The notes beneath the pieces were generated by a model. The model searched no databases, was not told the DNA's origin, and worked only from the letters and a program-made list of their open reading frames with translations. Positions 13,578 to 13,772 of a stretch of 13,772 nt of DNA are shown here, one piece after another (the stretch's first letter is position 1; every line of letters begins with the position of its first letter). This DNA is from Elusimicrobiota bacterium (lineage in GTDB: Bacteria > Elusimicrobiota > Endomicrobiia > Endomicrobiales > JBDRNC01). Location of the stretch: NCBI GenBank assembly GCA_043811535.1, contig JBDRNC010000036.1, positions 1-13,772 on the forward strand. The letters are read 5' to 3'. The translations under genes and the position numbers were made by a program.

Positions 13578-13709
13578 AATGAAATGTATCTTACATTATA
13601 TTTCGGTAAATGACAAATTGAATTGAGTAAAGGGTAGTGTATACTAAAGTGTGTAATTTGTTTATGTTGTTTCCGTTTTTCTTTTTTGCTTCTTTTTTCT
13701 TTTAAGAAG

Positions 13710-13772
13710 TTGACATAAAAAAGAAAAGGGGCTATTCTCCCATAAGTTAGACCAATAACCTAATGAGGAGGT
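13710..13772 (+). promoter_or_regulatory. Promoter and SD of a gene beyond the window
   Basis: TTGACA (13710-13715), 17-bp spacer, TATTCT (13733-13738); GAGGAGGT at 13765-13772. Confidence 0.65.

Noticed and set aside
82..13626. Remaining short ORFs in the track
   Set aside because: They overlap well-supported genes or repeats in other frames or strands and show no motifs or start signals.

Overview
Bacterial chromosomal window with a glycan-utilisation cluster, a small accessory islet and housekeeping genes. Left to right: the 3' end of a radical SAM gene; an operon for a secreted beta-1,2-glucanase-clan (glycoamylase/DUF3131-like) enzyme and a tandem CBM11-like protein, divergent from a LacI regulator; DUF2089 plus an unannotated 42-aa membrane peptide; a secreted PA14-PA14-GH39; a REP-associated HUH tyrosine transposase (RAYT-like) with its own repeat family; an unannotated 56-aa (D/E)RR-repeat microprotein with its own promoter; a TPR/Zn-ribbon membrane protein; a nitroreductase divergent from a pyruvate kinase that lacks the C domain; an HI0933-family flavoprotein; and a small 2-TM protein. 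The most notable items are the Arg-repeat microprotein abutting the RAYT element, the RAYT/REP architecture, a LacI lacking the hinge AxxL motif next to a CpG-less palindrome on overlapping divergent promoters, a GATTAC repeat array in the GH39 leader, and a nested insertion in a palindrome-rich spacer. All family calls come from motif recognition by eye; no database search was run.
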